Shown here: positions 50,872 to 62,427 of the stretch, piece by piece
How the letters are laid out: each line of letters opens with the position of its first letter
Position numbering within the stretch: the stretch's first letter is position 1
Assembly (NCBI GenBank): GCA_010015585.1
Contig: ML975150.1
Source: Eremomyces bilateralis CBS 781.70
Lineage: Eukaryota
Length of the DNA stretch: 64,000 bases
Strand: one strand, 5' to 3'
Notes under the pieces: generated by a model
Told to the model about the DNA's origin: nothing
Seen by the model: the letters and a program-made list of their open reading frames with translations, nothing else
Database searches by the model: none
Program-made: the position numbers and the translations under genes

Positions 50872-52652
50872 ATGGAGCGGCCTGCATTGCTAAGTCATAC
50901 TGAAATGCTTTCTGGCATTGCATTGGGGCTTCTAACTCACGTTCTATTCAAGAGGTTTGAACCGGCACTTGCTGAATTCTCCCTGATTCCCATAATATTA
51001 GGGTTCATCGGTTCAGTAATTTGGTCTTTGAGTATACCTCAAACCCTGAGCCTAGTCATCTCTTTCCTCTCAGCGCTCTCGAGTTCCGTCCTATTCTACC
51101 GACTCATTGCCCCTTGGCATCCATTACACCATGTCCCCGGGCCGTTCCTAGCGAAATGTTCCCAAGTTTGGTTGTTCAGTCGCCTATACAAGGGCCGACC
51201 TCGCGTTGACCAACGAGTGCTGCACGAGAAGTATGGACCCATCGTCCGAATTGGTCCCAACGAAGTCTCCCTGGCAGATGCTGCGTCGTTGTCAGTTATA
51301 TATGGCGGAAAGCCTTGGGTGAAAGGCAAGAGCTACTCGTTCACCGCGAGCGGTGGGGCAGCAACTTCAGAGACTGCGTTATCGTCCATCAGAGACCGTA
51401 TGCTTATACCTTTGCTCCATGCTCATTTGCAAAGCTCACGTTAGACCAGATGAGGAACATAAGTTTAGAAGAAGGATTTGGGACCGAGCTTTCTCAATAT
51501 CTTCTCTCAAAGAGTACCAGCCGGCGATAAGGCGTCGCACCGAACAATTATGCAATCAACTCGACCGTCTTTCGACGACGGGTTCACTCGACCTCCAAGA
51601 ATGGATTAGCTACTTTGTTTTTGACGTAATGACGGATCTGGCCTGGGGGGCACATGGCGGCCAAGGTGGCGGCAATGCACTTATCGAAGGCATCGACCCA
51701 GACGGTGCGATTGCGTCGTTACGATACTCACTTCATCTTGCAGGAATGACGAAAGTCCTGCCCTGGTTTGCGAGATACCTTTTACAGTTTCCATGGGTTA
51801 CCAAGAAGATGAAGCAATTCCATATCTTCTCGAGGCAAATGTTTCTCAATCGGCAAAAGAGGGGGAGCAATCCCCTTAACAAGTCCCAGCGCGATGTTTT
51901 CTACCACTTGCTGGGCGAAGGCAGCAGTAAAGGGGCCCATCTCAGCGTGAATGCTCTCCAAGCCGACTCCCGACAGGTCGTCACAGGTGGCGCAGATACA
52001 ACAGTCTCTGCGATAACCTACTTATTTTATTGCTTGGTTTGTAATCCAGAACGCTTCAGGCGGCTGCAGACGGTTGTGGATGAGATATTCAAGCGACAAC
52101 CCCACGGCCAGGATATTGACATCGAAACCTTGAACAAAGAGCCACTTCTCGATGCATACATCAACGAGGCGATGAGGGTATGTGCGTGGACGAAATTGGG
52201 CCAAGAGAAATCGCTGATGACCACTTGCATAGCTTGAACCGCCCATCCCTTTCCAGAACCAAAGAATTGTTCCTGAAGGTGGTACAATGATACGCAATGT
52301 TTACCTTCCCCCCGGAACCCATATCCGATCCGCACTCTATGCCATCTCCCGTGCCAAGGAGAACTTCTCATGCCCCGACGAGTTCCGTCCCGAACGCTGG
52401 CTACCCGGTGAGCGCCATCCGGGTGAAATTTTCAATGCGAAAGCCTCTATCCCGTTCATCACGGGTCCTTACCATTGTGTTGGCCGAAACTTTGCGATGC
52501 AAGAAATGAGATACGTGGTGGCCTTCCTTGTAAGGCGGTATGACATGAGATTGATTGATGGATTTGACCGGAAACGATTCGAAGAGGGCATCGAAGACCG
52601 GAGCCTGCTTGAGATTGAGCGACCGTTGGAAGTGATGATACGACAAAGATGA
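50872..52652 (+). CDS. Cytochrome P450, ~557 aa; exons 50872-51397, 51450-52177, 52233-52652
   Basis: N-terminal TM helices, HPLHHVPGP, LHEKYGPIVRIGPNEVS, I-helix GGADTT, EAMR (ExxR), PERW, heme motif FITGPYHCVG. Confidence 0.95.
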
Positions 52653-53264
52653 TGATATTCATCTCTAAAAAAGCGAATCCGGCTTGAGTGATGCGACGCC
52701 ACTATTCTCCTTGCCGCCCCCTGAAGATGGAGGAGGTCGAGTTCGATCTGAAATGATTCGACGGAATTATTTTGTAACATTTTAAAATCGCAAATTATAT
52801 CCATATCTCTGAGTCATAAAAATCTGTTATGATACAACTTACAATCTCACCTGTTTTCTTACTCCGTATCATACAGGTAGTTATCACAATTGGTACTAAA
52901 AGGGCAGAGGGATGCACGTGGCATTGCTGGTCCAGAAATATCCCATGAGATATCATCTCCTCAGGACAGTCCAGCGCTTGCTGGGCAATTTTTGTTCCTA
53001 CCTAAAGGGCAAGCTAAACCTTACACTGAGTCTTACTGATCAGTGTACTATGGTGTAGTAGGTGGTGGTAGTAGTAATTTCATTGACACCGTCCTCTTCG
53101 GCATATAGAAGTTACCGCTACGCTGGCTGTCACTACGTAAATACTACACTCTGAGCCAGTACATACACAGCATTCACACCCCCCTGAGGCCTATGCTCCG
53201 TCCTTGATGTGTTGTTTCTTAGTCGCTTCGAAGAAGTTGGAAATATACGTTCGTTGAAATGTCT

Positions 53265-54110
53265 TCCTATTAAGTAACGGATTGAAGATAGTATAGCCCC
53301 GGGCTAAAGCGGCAAAGAGCGTACTACCATACCTTACGGCGCACCTTGCGCTTCCACATCGGCGCCCTTGCCGAGCAACAACTCGATGATATAAGAGTGG
53401 CCCCAGACTGACGCAGCCTGTAGCACGTCGCCGAACTTCCCACCTTGCGCGTTCACGTCGGCGCCCTCGCCGAGCAGCAGCTCGACAATATATTTGTGCC
53501 CTTGGCGGAAGCGGCATGTAGCGTGTTGCCGCAACGTCCACCTTGCGCATTCACGTCGGCGCCCTCGCCGAGCAGCACCTCGACAGCCGTCGTAATTCCA
53601 AATCGTGCACTATAGTAGAGCGTCCAAAATAAAGTACGTCCGCGGAAATTCCTGAATCATCTTTTGTAGTACTTCCAAAGTGGCATAAAGCGACGGACGT
53701 TCCCCTCCTTTCCCACAGGAGGCAAAAAGTACTTTAAGTGCAGCTGGAAACTTGACGCATTGTTGCGAAAGTGGGAAAATCAACGAATAGACTACTCTAG
53801 TATCAGCTCTGGGCATTGTTTCTTCGGATTTGAAAAGTCAAAGTAGAAGTATGTTACAGCATTGCTAGGATCTTTTCGACGGTCGTTAAGCACAGCTTCA
53901 AGTACTGTTGAGCTTAGGACGGTTTTTCCACATCCTGGAATCCCATAAAGCCAGAGGAATGATGCCGTATTCGTCTTCCAGGTGGAGAATTGTTCGCGTT
54001 CAAGGAACCAACGACCGGTGTCGGCTTGCCGCAGTTTGACTGCTTTGTGAAAATTTACAAGATGGATCAGGTGGGGAAAGCCATTGACGAATTTTTGTTT
54101 AGCTTCCTGT
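53265..54110 (-). pseudogene. Decayed NACHT-ankyrin (fungal NLR-like) gene fragment
   Basis: IRQWLSPPDP, TGRWFLE, Walker A LWLYGIPGCGKT (53944-53921), YFYFDF, Walker B YFILDAL, then 3-4 ankyrin units LLGEGADVNAQGG. Several stops and frameshifts; no N-terminal domain or start. Confidence 0.92.
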
Positions 54111-55825
54111 CTAATACAGCAAGTTAACTATATAACTAACTAGTTAGTTCATCTTTATAACTTAAACGTATAGCGTCGTACCTGTTGCGGACCGTAGGGC
54201 GCTTGATGATGCCGTAAAGTAGAAAGTTAGTATTTTCAGATAACTAACTAGTGCAATTGGGGCAGTGTAGTCACATTGGGACACTTCAGGATGCAGTGTG
54301 ACTGGGACAGTGCAATTGGATCAGTGCCAAGCCCTGAAGCCACATGAGTGATATGGTTTAGCTAAAAAAGTCCGCAAGAACCAACTTTCGATGGTTAGTT
54401 ATTGTAAAGCTAACTTAACTAAATGCTAGAGAAGAAGAAAGGGAGAACAATCCACAGCATTTGCACGATGTTTTAGTTGGTGCGATCCAGGTCATGTGAA
54501 AGTTCAAGGGAAAGGTTAACTAATGACTACGGAGTATATATTATTCCTTGAAGAGTTTGCGAAAAGAAAAGGGCAAGACTGGCACGACTGGATAGATAAT
54601 CGTACTGCCAAGCCTCTGTACGTGTCCATCCGTACAGGCAATTTACCAGCCGAGGAAATATGGAGACGACGTATGGTACGGAGTACAGAGTATCGATTTC
54701 CATTATAGAAACGTCCAATGAGGGATATCATCTCCTCAGGAGTCAGGACAGTTGCGGCCTTGGAGTAAATTAACAGCGGCATGTCGGTTCGCCCTGTTAG
54801 ATTTCTGTCTATTAGTAAGCTGTTGAGATAGTAAGGCCTTATTGACCAATTTTATTATTTCCTGCACGATACGAGCTGAACATGGTAAGAATACAAGTAC
54901 AACAATACAGTGGCAGCTCCTCGGCGGCGTTTATAGAGTATTCTAGTGCAGACCTACATTCAACTCTAGCTGTCACAGAATATCTGTGTTTCTTGGCGTT
55001 TCCCCACGGCTTCATTCCGCATTCGATTCTATACCCCTATTCTTTCCATTTTTAGGGAAAAGATCACCATTGTAAACCATATAAAATAGCTGCAGGAACA
55101 GCCTGTTTTCGTAGGATCCGGCTCTTCAGGATCAAGTTCAATCTATCTATGCTCTTTTGGAATCTAACGGTGTTTTCCCACTGTGTCGCTGCATTAATCA
55201 CCTGATTGAGCGAAACCGCTATTTATCTCACACTAGCAGCAGTACGGAATGGTGTGCCCATAAAACCATGCGGGGAAGCAGACAATCGTGCTGGTGTCTG
55301 GAACTGGACCTTGGCGCCTGCATGGGCGGGAAACCCACTCTACTGTTCTAGCCTCTTGGATTTGTCTAGGAATGGTTTGGGACGAAAACGTGAAACTGCC
55401 CACTCTGCGGTCGTGCCACTCCAAAATCGCACCTTGACGCTAATTTTGGATTCCCAGCCCAAGCGACAAGCATGAACCCTCTCTGGGGATTTTGTTTGGC
55501 GTACCAAATTTCCTCTCCTTTCTTGAGTCGCGATGTCGTGTTGGAGTTGCTATTTACGTTGATATTCTTTGATTTGATCGCTCGCTAATACATAGGTATC
55601 AGAGGACAGCAGTCTACCTAGTGGCCTCCTCGTCGTGTGCCCCGCCAGCAAGGAAAGGATCCTCGCATGCGACATTTCGGCCTTTCGCGTGACTGAGGTG
55701 GCATTGATCATCGGAGTCCTGCGGAATAACGAGGGTCCTATTAACTGGAGCGCATCAACGCGCACCCATATATAAACCCTATCGTCGCTTCGATCATCAG
55801 GCTGCCAGCCTTACGATCGCCCATC

Positions 55826-57139
55826 ATGCGAGGCATCCTCAGTCCCACCCGCGTCCTCACGACCGGCGTCCTAATATTCTTGATATGGCTGTTTAGCTCA
55901 CATTGGGAGGGCTCATCGATGGGGCTAGCTGGACCGCCGATGATAAAATCTCCCCCCGTAGAGCCCTTTGGAGGAAGGTCACGACCTCTTGCGACGACCC
56001 CACACCCCGATGAAGAGGCAGGAAGAGTAATACATCTTGGGCCCGGAGCACAGGACAATCCGCAGGCCCAGTCGCCCGTAGAAACTGTTCCGGAAGGTCC
56101 GCCTGAGTCAAAGCCCGAGTCACAGCCGGTGCCGGAGTCAGTACCCGAGCTCGAATCGAAGCCCGAGCCAGTGCCGCCTACGAATGCGGAGAACAAGCCA
56201 GAACCACCACTGGCACCGAAACCGGCGTCGAAGGAAGAGAAGGATCTTAAGGTTGCGATTGTGACGTTCATAACGCAAGAAAAATCCTACGTGCAAACAA
56301 GCATGAAGAACAAGCAAGCGTATGCAAATAAGCATAACTACACCTTGATCGTCGACTATGACGCCCCTGAGCCACGAGGAGTCATGTGGTACAAGATGAC
56401 AATGATTGAGAAGGCCATTCTTGGGGGTGGATTCGATTGGGTCTGGTGGATTGATTTCGATACATTGATGATGACGCAAAATCGCCCTGTTACCGACGTA
56501 ATTAAGGAGGAGCTGGAGAAGGTGGAGGAGTCAAAGAGGGACGACATTGACTTCCTCTTGACGCCAGACTGGTATGATCACGCTCAATGACTGTTAGATT
56601 TCTCGACTAACCCTAGTTGCAGCTTCCCCTTGAATGCCGGCAGCATGCTCGTCCGCGCGACCCCTCGAGCCATTCCATTCTTCAATCTTATACGCGCGTA
56701 CAGCGACCTCCACGAAGAACGCTCCGAACAAGACTGCATCCGCGACGCCGTCTTCGGCTACCCCGCCCCCGAGCCCGCCGCGGTGCTCGAGTTCGCAAGC
56801 TGGCACCCGGCCCAGAAGTCCGATCACGAGAATCGCACCGACACGCCCGCATTCCTGCATCAGGACCCCGCGTACCCCGACCATCTCGCGGAGAACGCTG
56901 CGCAATTCGAAAAGCTGGGCGAGACAGAGTGGCGGTACCCGTCCGGAAAGCGAGTCCGGTTCATTCCACAGAAGCAGGCCAACGCGTTCCCCGATGAAAT
57001 CAAGTGTTTTGAAAGGGGCCTTGGGCCGTGGGAGGAGGGGGATCTGTTGATCCATTTTGCGGGCGCGTGGGCGCATCTGAAAGAGGAGGACCCGACGGGC
57101 TTGCTCATGCGGCAGTACGATCAGCTGGTCAAATGGTGA
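55826..57139 (+). CDS. Glycosyltransferase family 34 (MNN10/GMA12-like Golgi mannosyl/galactosyltransferase), ~420 aa; exons 55826-56571, 56623-57139
   Basis: Type II TM anchor, Pro/Glu-rich stem with PESx repeats, NKQAYANKHNY, WVWWIDFD (DxD), DC|FPLNAGS, SEQD, DLLIHFAGAW. Confidence 0.93.
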
Positions 57140-57711
57140 GGTATTGTACTGCCGTCAGCGTCAACGTCGATATATCATGGCCAATATAAACGGGGCCATC
57201 TTACGATACGAAAAGCCGAGACCCTACGATTTCAACCTTGGGGGTTGCATTCAAGTTGATGGAGTCCAATTTGAATGGACTCCAGGTTCTTCCAGGTTTG
57301 AACGATTTTTGCGGGAAGGTACACGGAGCGAGCGACTTGAGAATGGTTTGCTTTTGGTTTTGAGGATATCCATGAGATTTATTGAACGCGATGCTCTAGC
57401 GAAATGGCTGATGTACTTCAGGACCTCTTGTATGATACACCCGCTTGTTGCGGAATCCACATGTTGTTACGATCAGTCAATATCTTCGTCCTCACAATGC
57501 AAGTCATCTAAACGGATGGGATCTATCATCTAAGCATCTGCTGCACACCCTCTGGCTGGTGGTCTTCCGAAATATCTTATGTTACATGCGTTAAGCCTTC
57601 GGCATGCGCGCGTCTCACCTTTCTATACTTGTCAAGCGACTATTGTCAGCAGTCATTTCGTCGAGTCAATTGTACCAGATCGTTTGATTGAATGGAGAGT
57701 CATCTTCAATG

Positions 57712-57750
57712 GTACGGGCACCAATTTCATGTACGGGCACCAATTTCATG
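57712..57750. repeat. Perfect 19-bp tandem duplication GTACGGGCACCAATTTCAT x2
   Basis: Direct reading. Confidence 0.95.
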
Positions 57751-58321
57751 CTGATCCTCCTTCAACCGAGTCATATAACACCTCTCCAATTGACCTTTGC
57801 TATACACTACTAGTTCGATTCGGCAGAAGTGATTCAAAAGAACATTCGGTCCTACTGAATCTTCTCGAGCGGACGGTTTTCCTCTCCGTCCTGTCAGTAC
57901 TGACGTTCTTTCTACGCGATTAGACTGAATTGAGTACGAACTCTCAACGTCAGTTCAATCTGATTTCACTTCACGTTCTTGAGCAGCGTCGAGTTCAGTG
58001 GCACCAGTACCACCATACTTGGCAGCTGCCAATTCTCACATCAAACTCACCTGTCAATACATCTCCTTTCAAGTCTCACTTTGCGAAGGACTGAAAGCTG
58101 GACATTGCCCAGGCGATTACCCTTCCACGGGCTTCTTCCTACTCTTGCATCCTCACCTTGCTTGAGTTGATAAAAGTTTTCTAAGACTTCCTCCATCCAC
58201 AGATTGTTTCACTCACATGGTCCCAGGTTAAAGTAAGCAATGCTTCAGACTGAGAAGTGATTCCATTTCATTGTAACTCACTTTCGGATTGACACACGTT
58301 ATCCTTCCCTTTGCCATACAA

Positions 58322-58824
58322 GGCGAAGTTGAGGACGATACCCAAATTCACGAAGCTCTTTATTCCGCCTTCACTGACTTCTAAATTGAGCACAGCATCT
58401 GTGCATGGCCTCGATCAAATGAACGTATCGCTTGGGCAAGCTTCTTCCGTTCGATGCAGGGAGACTTTGGCCAGTGGGACAACCGGATCCACCTCTCAAG
58501 ATCGCCCGGGCTCAACCATCAAACTCGTCATCAGTTCCACGGCCACTATGATGAAAACGGTCAGAAAGGGGTAGGGACTTCGAGTCAGATATGAAGAAGG
58601 ACGTGCGCCAAATGGTCCAGCAGATACGGGAGACCTTTGATAGGATATACTCTACAAAGAAATATCGAACGACTCTCCCCACAGCAGATCGAGGCCGCCA
58701 AAATAATCTCATCGATACTGTCATGCGCCTGAAAGCACAGTTGGCGCAAGAAACCAAGAAAGAATTCGAGAAGGCGAACGAGCTCCTCAAGGGCTCAGTG
58801 AAGGAAGCGGCGAGATTTGAGTGA
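58322..58824 (+). pseudogene. Possible disrupted gene of unknown family
   Basis: Protein-like frame GEVEDDTQIHEALYSAFTDF*IEH..WASFFRSMQGDFGQWDN with TAA at 58382, then a frame change into the helical ORF DFESDMKKDVRQMVQQIRETFD..AARFE*. Confidence 0.3.
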
Positions 58825-59495
58825 GTTGCAAAGGTGATACAGTTCGGCAGTGAAGGTATCCGAACTTTCACATCCGGGTCCTTGCAAAGCGGGCCAATTT
58901 CAGACAGAGACATGGAGTGGCATTGCTTTCATAGTGTTGCGGCGTGGCCCAGCACTAAGTCACTCATGCTGGGGAGTCGGTATTTGCTTTGAAGATATAC
59001 TCAGCCACGGACATAGCTTAGATTGCAGTCTAATTAGGCATAGCAGAAAATACTAAAATAGGGGCGAAGTTGTCAATCGAGAAACTACCCTACTCTCTAA
59101 TTACGTATTCCCCTCTAGTTAGTTACGAAAAATGGACAAGTGATTAGTCTACATTAGACACCAAATTGAGAGCTTTCAACCAACCTAGGCTAGGCTTTGA
59201 CTTTAAAAACATGGTAGAGTGGACTAGCTCGAAGTGACTGGAGGCAGTTTACCTGGAGATGTTATTGAGAACCGTATGCACAACAAAGAGTAATACCAAA
59301 GAATCCAGTTGAACGTGAGGCAACGAAAGTTCAGATCGACGTCTAACCTCGGCCCATGATTGGCTGGCTCACATCGCAAACTTCACGAGCACGGACCAAC
59401 AGAAGTTCGTGCAATATCAAAATCGGGGAGCACGACAAGATCCGAATTCTCCAAAAAGTCCATCTAAACCGCAACATTATTGACACAGAAAGACA

Positions 59496-61108
59496 ATGGG
59501 CCCTGCCGTGGACTCACATCCGAACGATTCGTCCGATTCGGACAGTTCTTCCGGATCTTTCGTAGACATCGCCAAGGGCGACTCTCGGAAGCGACGAAAA
59601 GTTTCCTCAGGTAGTGAGGATGCGCCCGCACCGAAAAGAGCGCCGTATGCGGGCATTTCAAGAATAAGGGCGAAAAATTCCGGATTGAAACAAAGCCTGC
59701 ATCCCGCTCAACCCGACTCCGTGGATACTGTACTTCAAGGGAAGGGGACCAGCAATTTCGCCGAGCTCAATGTGGACCCGTGGCTAGTTGCATCCCTCGC
59801 TGCTATGCAGATCAAGAGACCTACTGGCATTCAGAAAGCTTGTATACCGGAAATTCTCAAAGGGCGGGATTGCATTGGAGGGAGTAGGACGGGTTCCGGA
59901 AAAACGGTGGCTTTTGCAGTACCCATCCTGCATAAATGGGCAGAGGATCCTTTGGCAATATTTGCGGTTGTTTTAACTCCGACGCGGTATGTATTGTCAT
60001 TATATTCGCTCGAATTTATTCAAACCCGGACTTTCTCTGACGGTTAAACAGCGAACTTGCACTGCAAATTTATGAGCAATTTCTCGCCATCTCATCCCCC
60101 CAGTCTCTCAAGGCGGTGCTTATAACCGGAGGCTCGGATATGCGAGAACAAGCAATCGAACTGGCAAAGCGTCCTCATGTCGTCATTGCCACCCCAGGTC
60201 GTCTAGCCGACCACATCGATACCTCTGGAGAAGACACCATCTGCGGCCTTCGACGATGCAAGTTCGTTGTCCTCGACGAAGCCGATCGACTCCTCGCATC
60301 TGGTCCAGGGAGCATGCTGCCCGATGTCGAAACATGCCTCTCTGTTCTCCCGCCTCCGACTTCTCGCCAAACCTGCCTCTTTACCGCGACCGTGACCCCC
60401 GAGGTGCGCGCTCTGAAGGACCTTCCACGATCGGCGTCCAAGCCACCGCTATTCATCTGTGAAGTTGACACCGAGGCCCTTGCCATTCCATCTACTCTTC
60501 GCCAAACCTACCTTCTCTGTCCCGTCACTCACCGAGAAGTCTATCTGCATGTTCTGCTTCTAACGCCGCGGAACCTGGAGCGCAGCATCATCATCTTCTG
60601 CAATCGGACATCCACTGCGACGTTGATAGAGCACATGCTTCACATGCTGGACCATCGCGTCACGGCATTGCACAGCGCTCTTCCACAATCAGAGCGTACG
60701 TCAAACCTCGCCAAATTCCGTGCGAGGACAGCTCGGATCCTGGTCGCGACGGACGTCGCTGCTAGAGGTTTGGATATCCCAGACGTGGCGCTGGTGATCA
60801 ACTATGATGTCCCTCGCGATCCCGACGACTATATCCATCGGGTTGGTAGAACGGCTCGTGCGGGCAGGGAAGGTGACAGCGTGACGGTTGTCGGGCAGCG
60901 AGATGTGGAGTTGATCTTGGCGATCGAGACGAGGGTTGGGAGGAAGATGGATGAGTATGTGGAGGAAGGAGTTAGCATTGAAGGAAGGGTGGTGAGAGAT
61001 GCTTTGAAGCCTGTGACTGAGAAGAAACGGGAAGCTCTGCTTCAGATCGAGGAGGGGAAGGATGTCATGGGACGGAGGAGCCGGAGGATGGAGAAGCGGA
61101 GAACTTGA
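59496..61108 (+). CDS. DBP8: DEAD-box RNA helicase Dbp8 (DDX49), ~515 aa; exons 59496-59986, 60052-61108
   Basis: [87 protein letters not shown] signature typical of Dbp8. Confidence 0.93.
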
Positions 61109-61333
61109 CGAATCGTATTGTAAACTTCCATTTGGGGTATATTTGTTCAAAATGAACAGGCATTCATAATCATCCAAAGGGCCTATTGTCTATTCCTAGT
61201 CCGACACCTGCCATCCTATATCCAATGCGCTGTCAGAATCCTAAAACGCTCGTACACTTGGATAGCCCGCTGGCTAAATTTTCCACTCAAAGGCTAATAG
61301 CAACAGAGCGAAAATCGAGGACGCACCGCTGCG

Positions 61334-62427
61334 TTATGGCACAACGACACCATTGCTACCTTTCTCGCTCCCGTCTATGCTCATCACTACCGCTTCTTTG
61401 GCTCCTTCCTGCTTCTCCACCTTCGTTGTCGACCTCCACGGCATGCCCGCATAGCCCTGCTGGAAGCACATCCCCGGATGAAACAGGTTGAGCGCTACTA
61501 TCCCCGCGGCGATCACCGCGCCCTCCAGCCCGATAAAGTATCTCTGCGTCGAGATCAACCGTCCATCCCAACCCTCGCTCAGCTCCGCGACACGATACAC
61601 ACATCGCGTGAAGATACACAGTGTCGCGAATGACAGCGTGACGATAAACGCTTTGAACTTGAAACTGCTTCGTAACGTCGCCAATCCCGCCCCTTGCTCC
61701 AGCGCGGCATCGGCGCCTTGGGATCGCATCAGAGAATAGACGCGCCACGCAAAGACGAGGGAGAAGATGATGAACATGAGCATCGTAAAGACTTGGAAGG
61801 CAAGACCCGCAATCATGATGTTGTTGCCGGCCGTGGGGTCGCGGTCGGAGTGGGAGGCGGAGGCGGCAATACCGCCGCCGATGGCTTGCAAGAGGAGAGA
61901 GGCGACGTCACATGGGATGAAGATGCGGGGGTAGTATCGGGCGGGGATCGGTGATGCGGCGGAGGAAATGCTGAGGACGACGCGTTTGAGAAGAAGGTAT
62001 ATGCCGGCAGCGTAAAAGGCCGGGGCAATAGTCAGGCAGATGATTTGGAGGAGGTAAGGGTCCTATAGAGGATGGGTCAGAATTGATGGTAGAAATGAAA
62101 GAGATCGCGCAGACGTACCTCAGCAAATGGTTTGCTATGGGCCATAACCCGTCCGATATATCCTATCATCTCCAAAAGGCTACCGCAAATCATGGCGATT
62201 GTGAAGCCATGAAAACTTCGATACACCACACTCTGGACAACGAATGCGACGACGGTGAGGGCGAAGAGGGCTGTGAAAAGGCTATTCGCCGCCAGAGACG
62301 GCAGGTAGCCCCAGTATGAGTATCCTAGAGGGCATGTTTCGAGAGTGCAGAGCTCTCTGCAATCGCGGCGGTTGTTGTTCGTGATCGTATCAAGGCCCAG
62401 AAGGCATTTTTCGAAGGCGTTCGACAT
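61334..62427 (-). CDS. RTA1/RSB1-family 7-TM protein (putative lipid-translocating exporter), ~345 aa; exons 62427-62119, 62062-61334
   Basis: CTLETCPL..YWGYLPSLAAN, LEMIGYIGR, QIICLTIAPAFYAAGIY, FIPCDVASLLLQAIGGG, IMIAGLAFQV, RCVYRVAELSEGWDG, FHPG. Confidence 0.93.

Noticed and set aside
50872..57139. Secondary-metabolite cluster (P450 + glycosyltransferase + nearby Zn2Cys6 factor)
   Set aside because: No backbone enzyme; GT34 is a Golgi glycan enzyme and the TF and PHO8 look like core genes.
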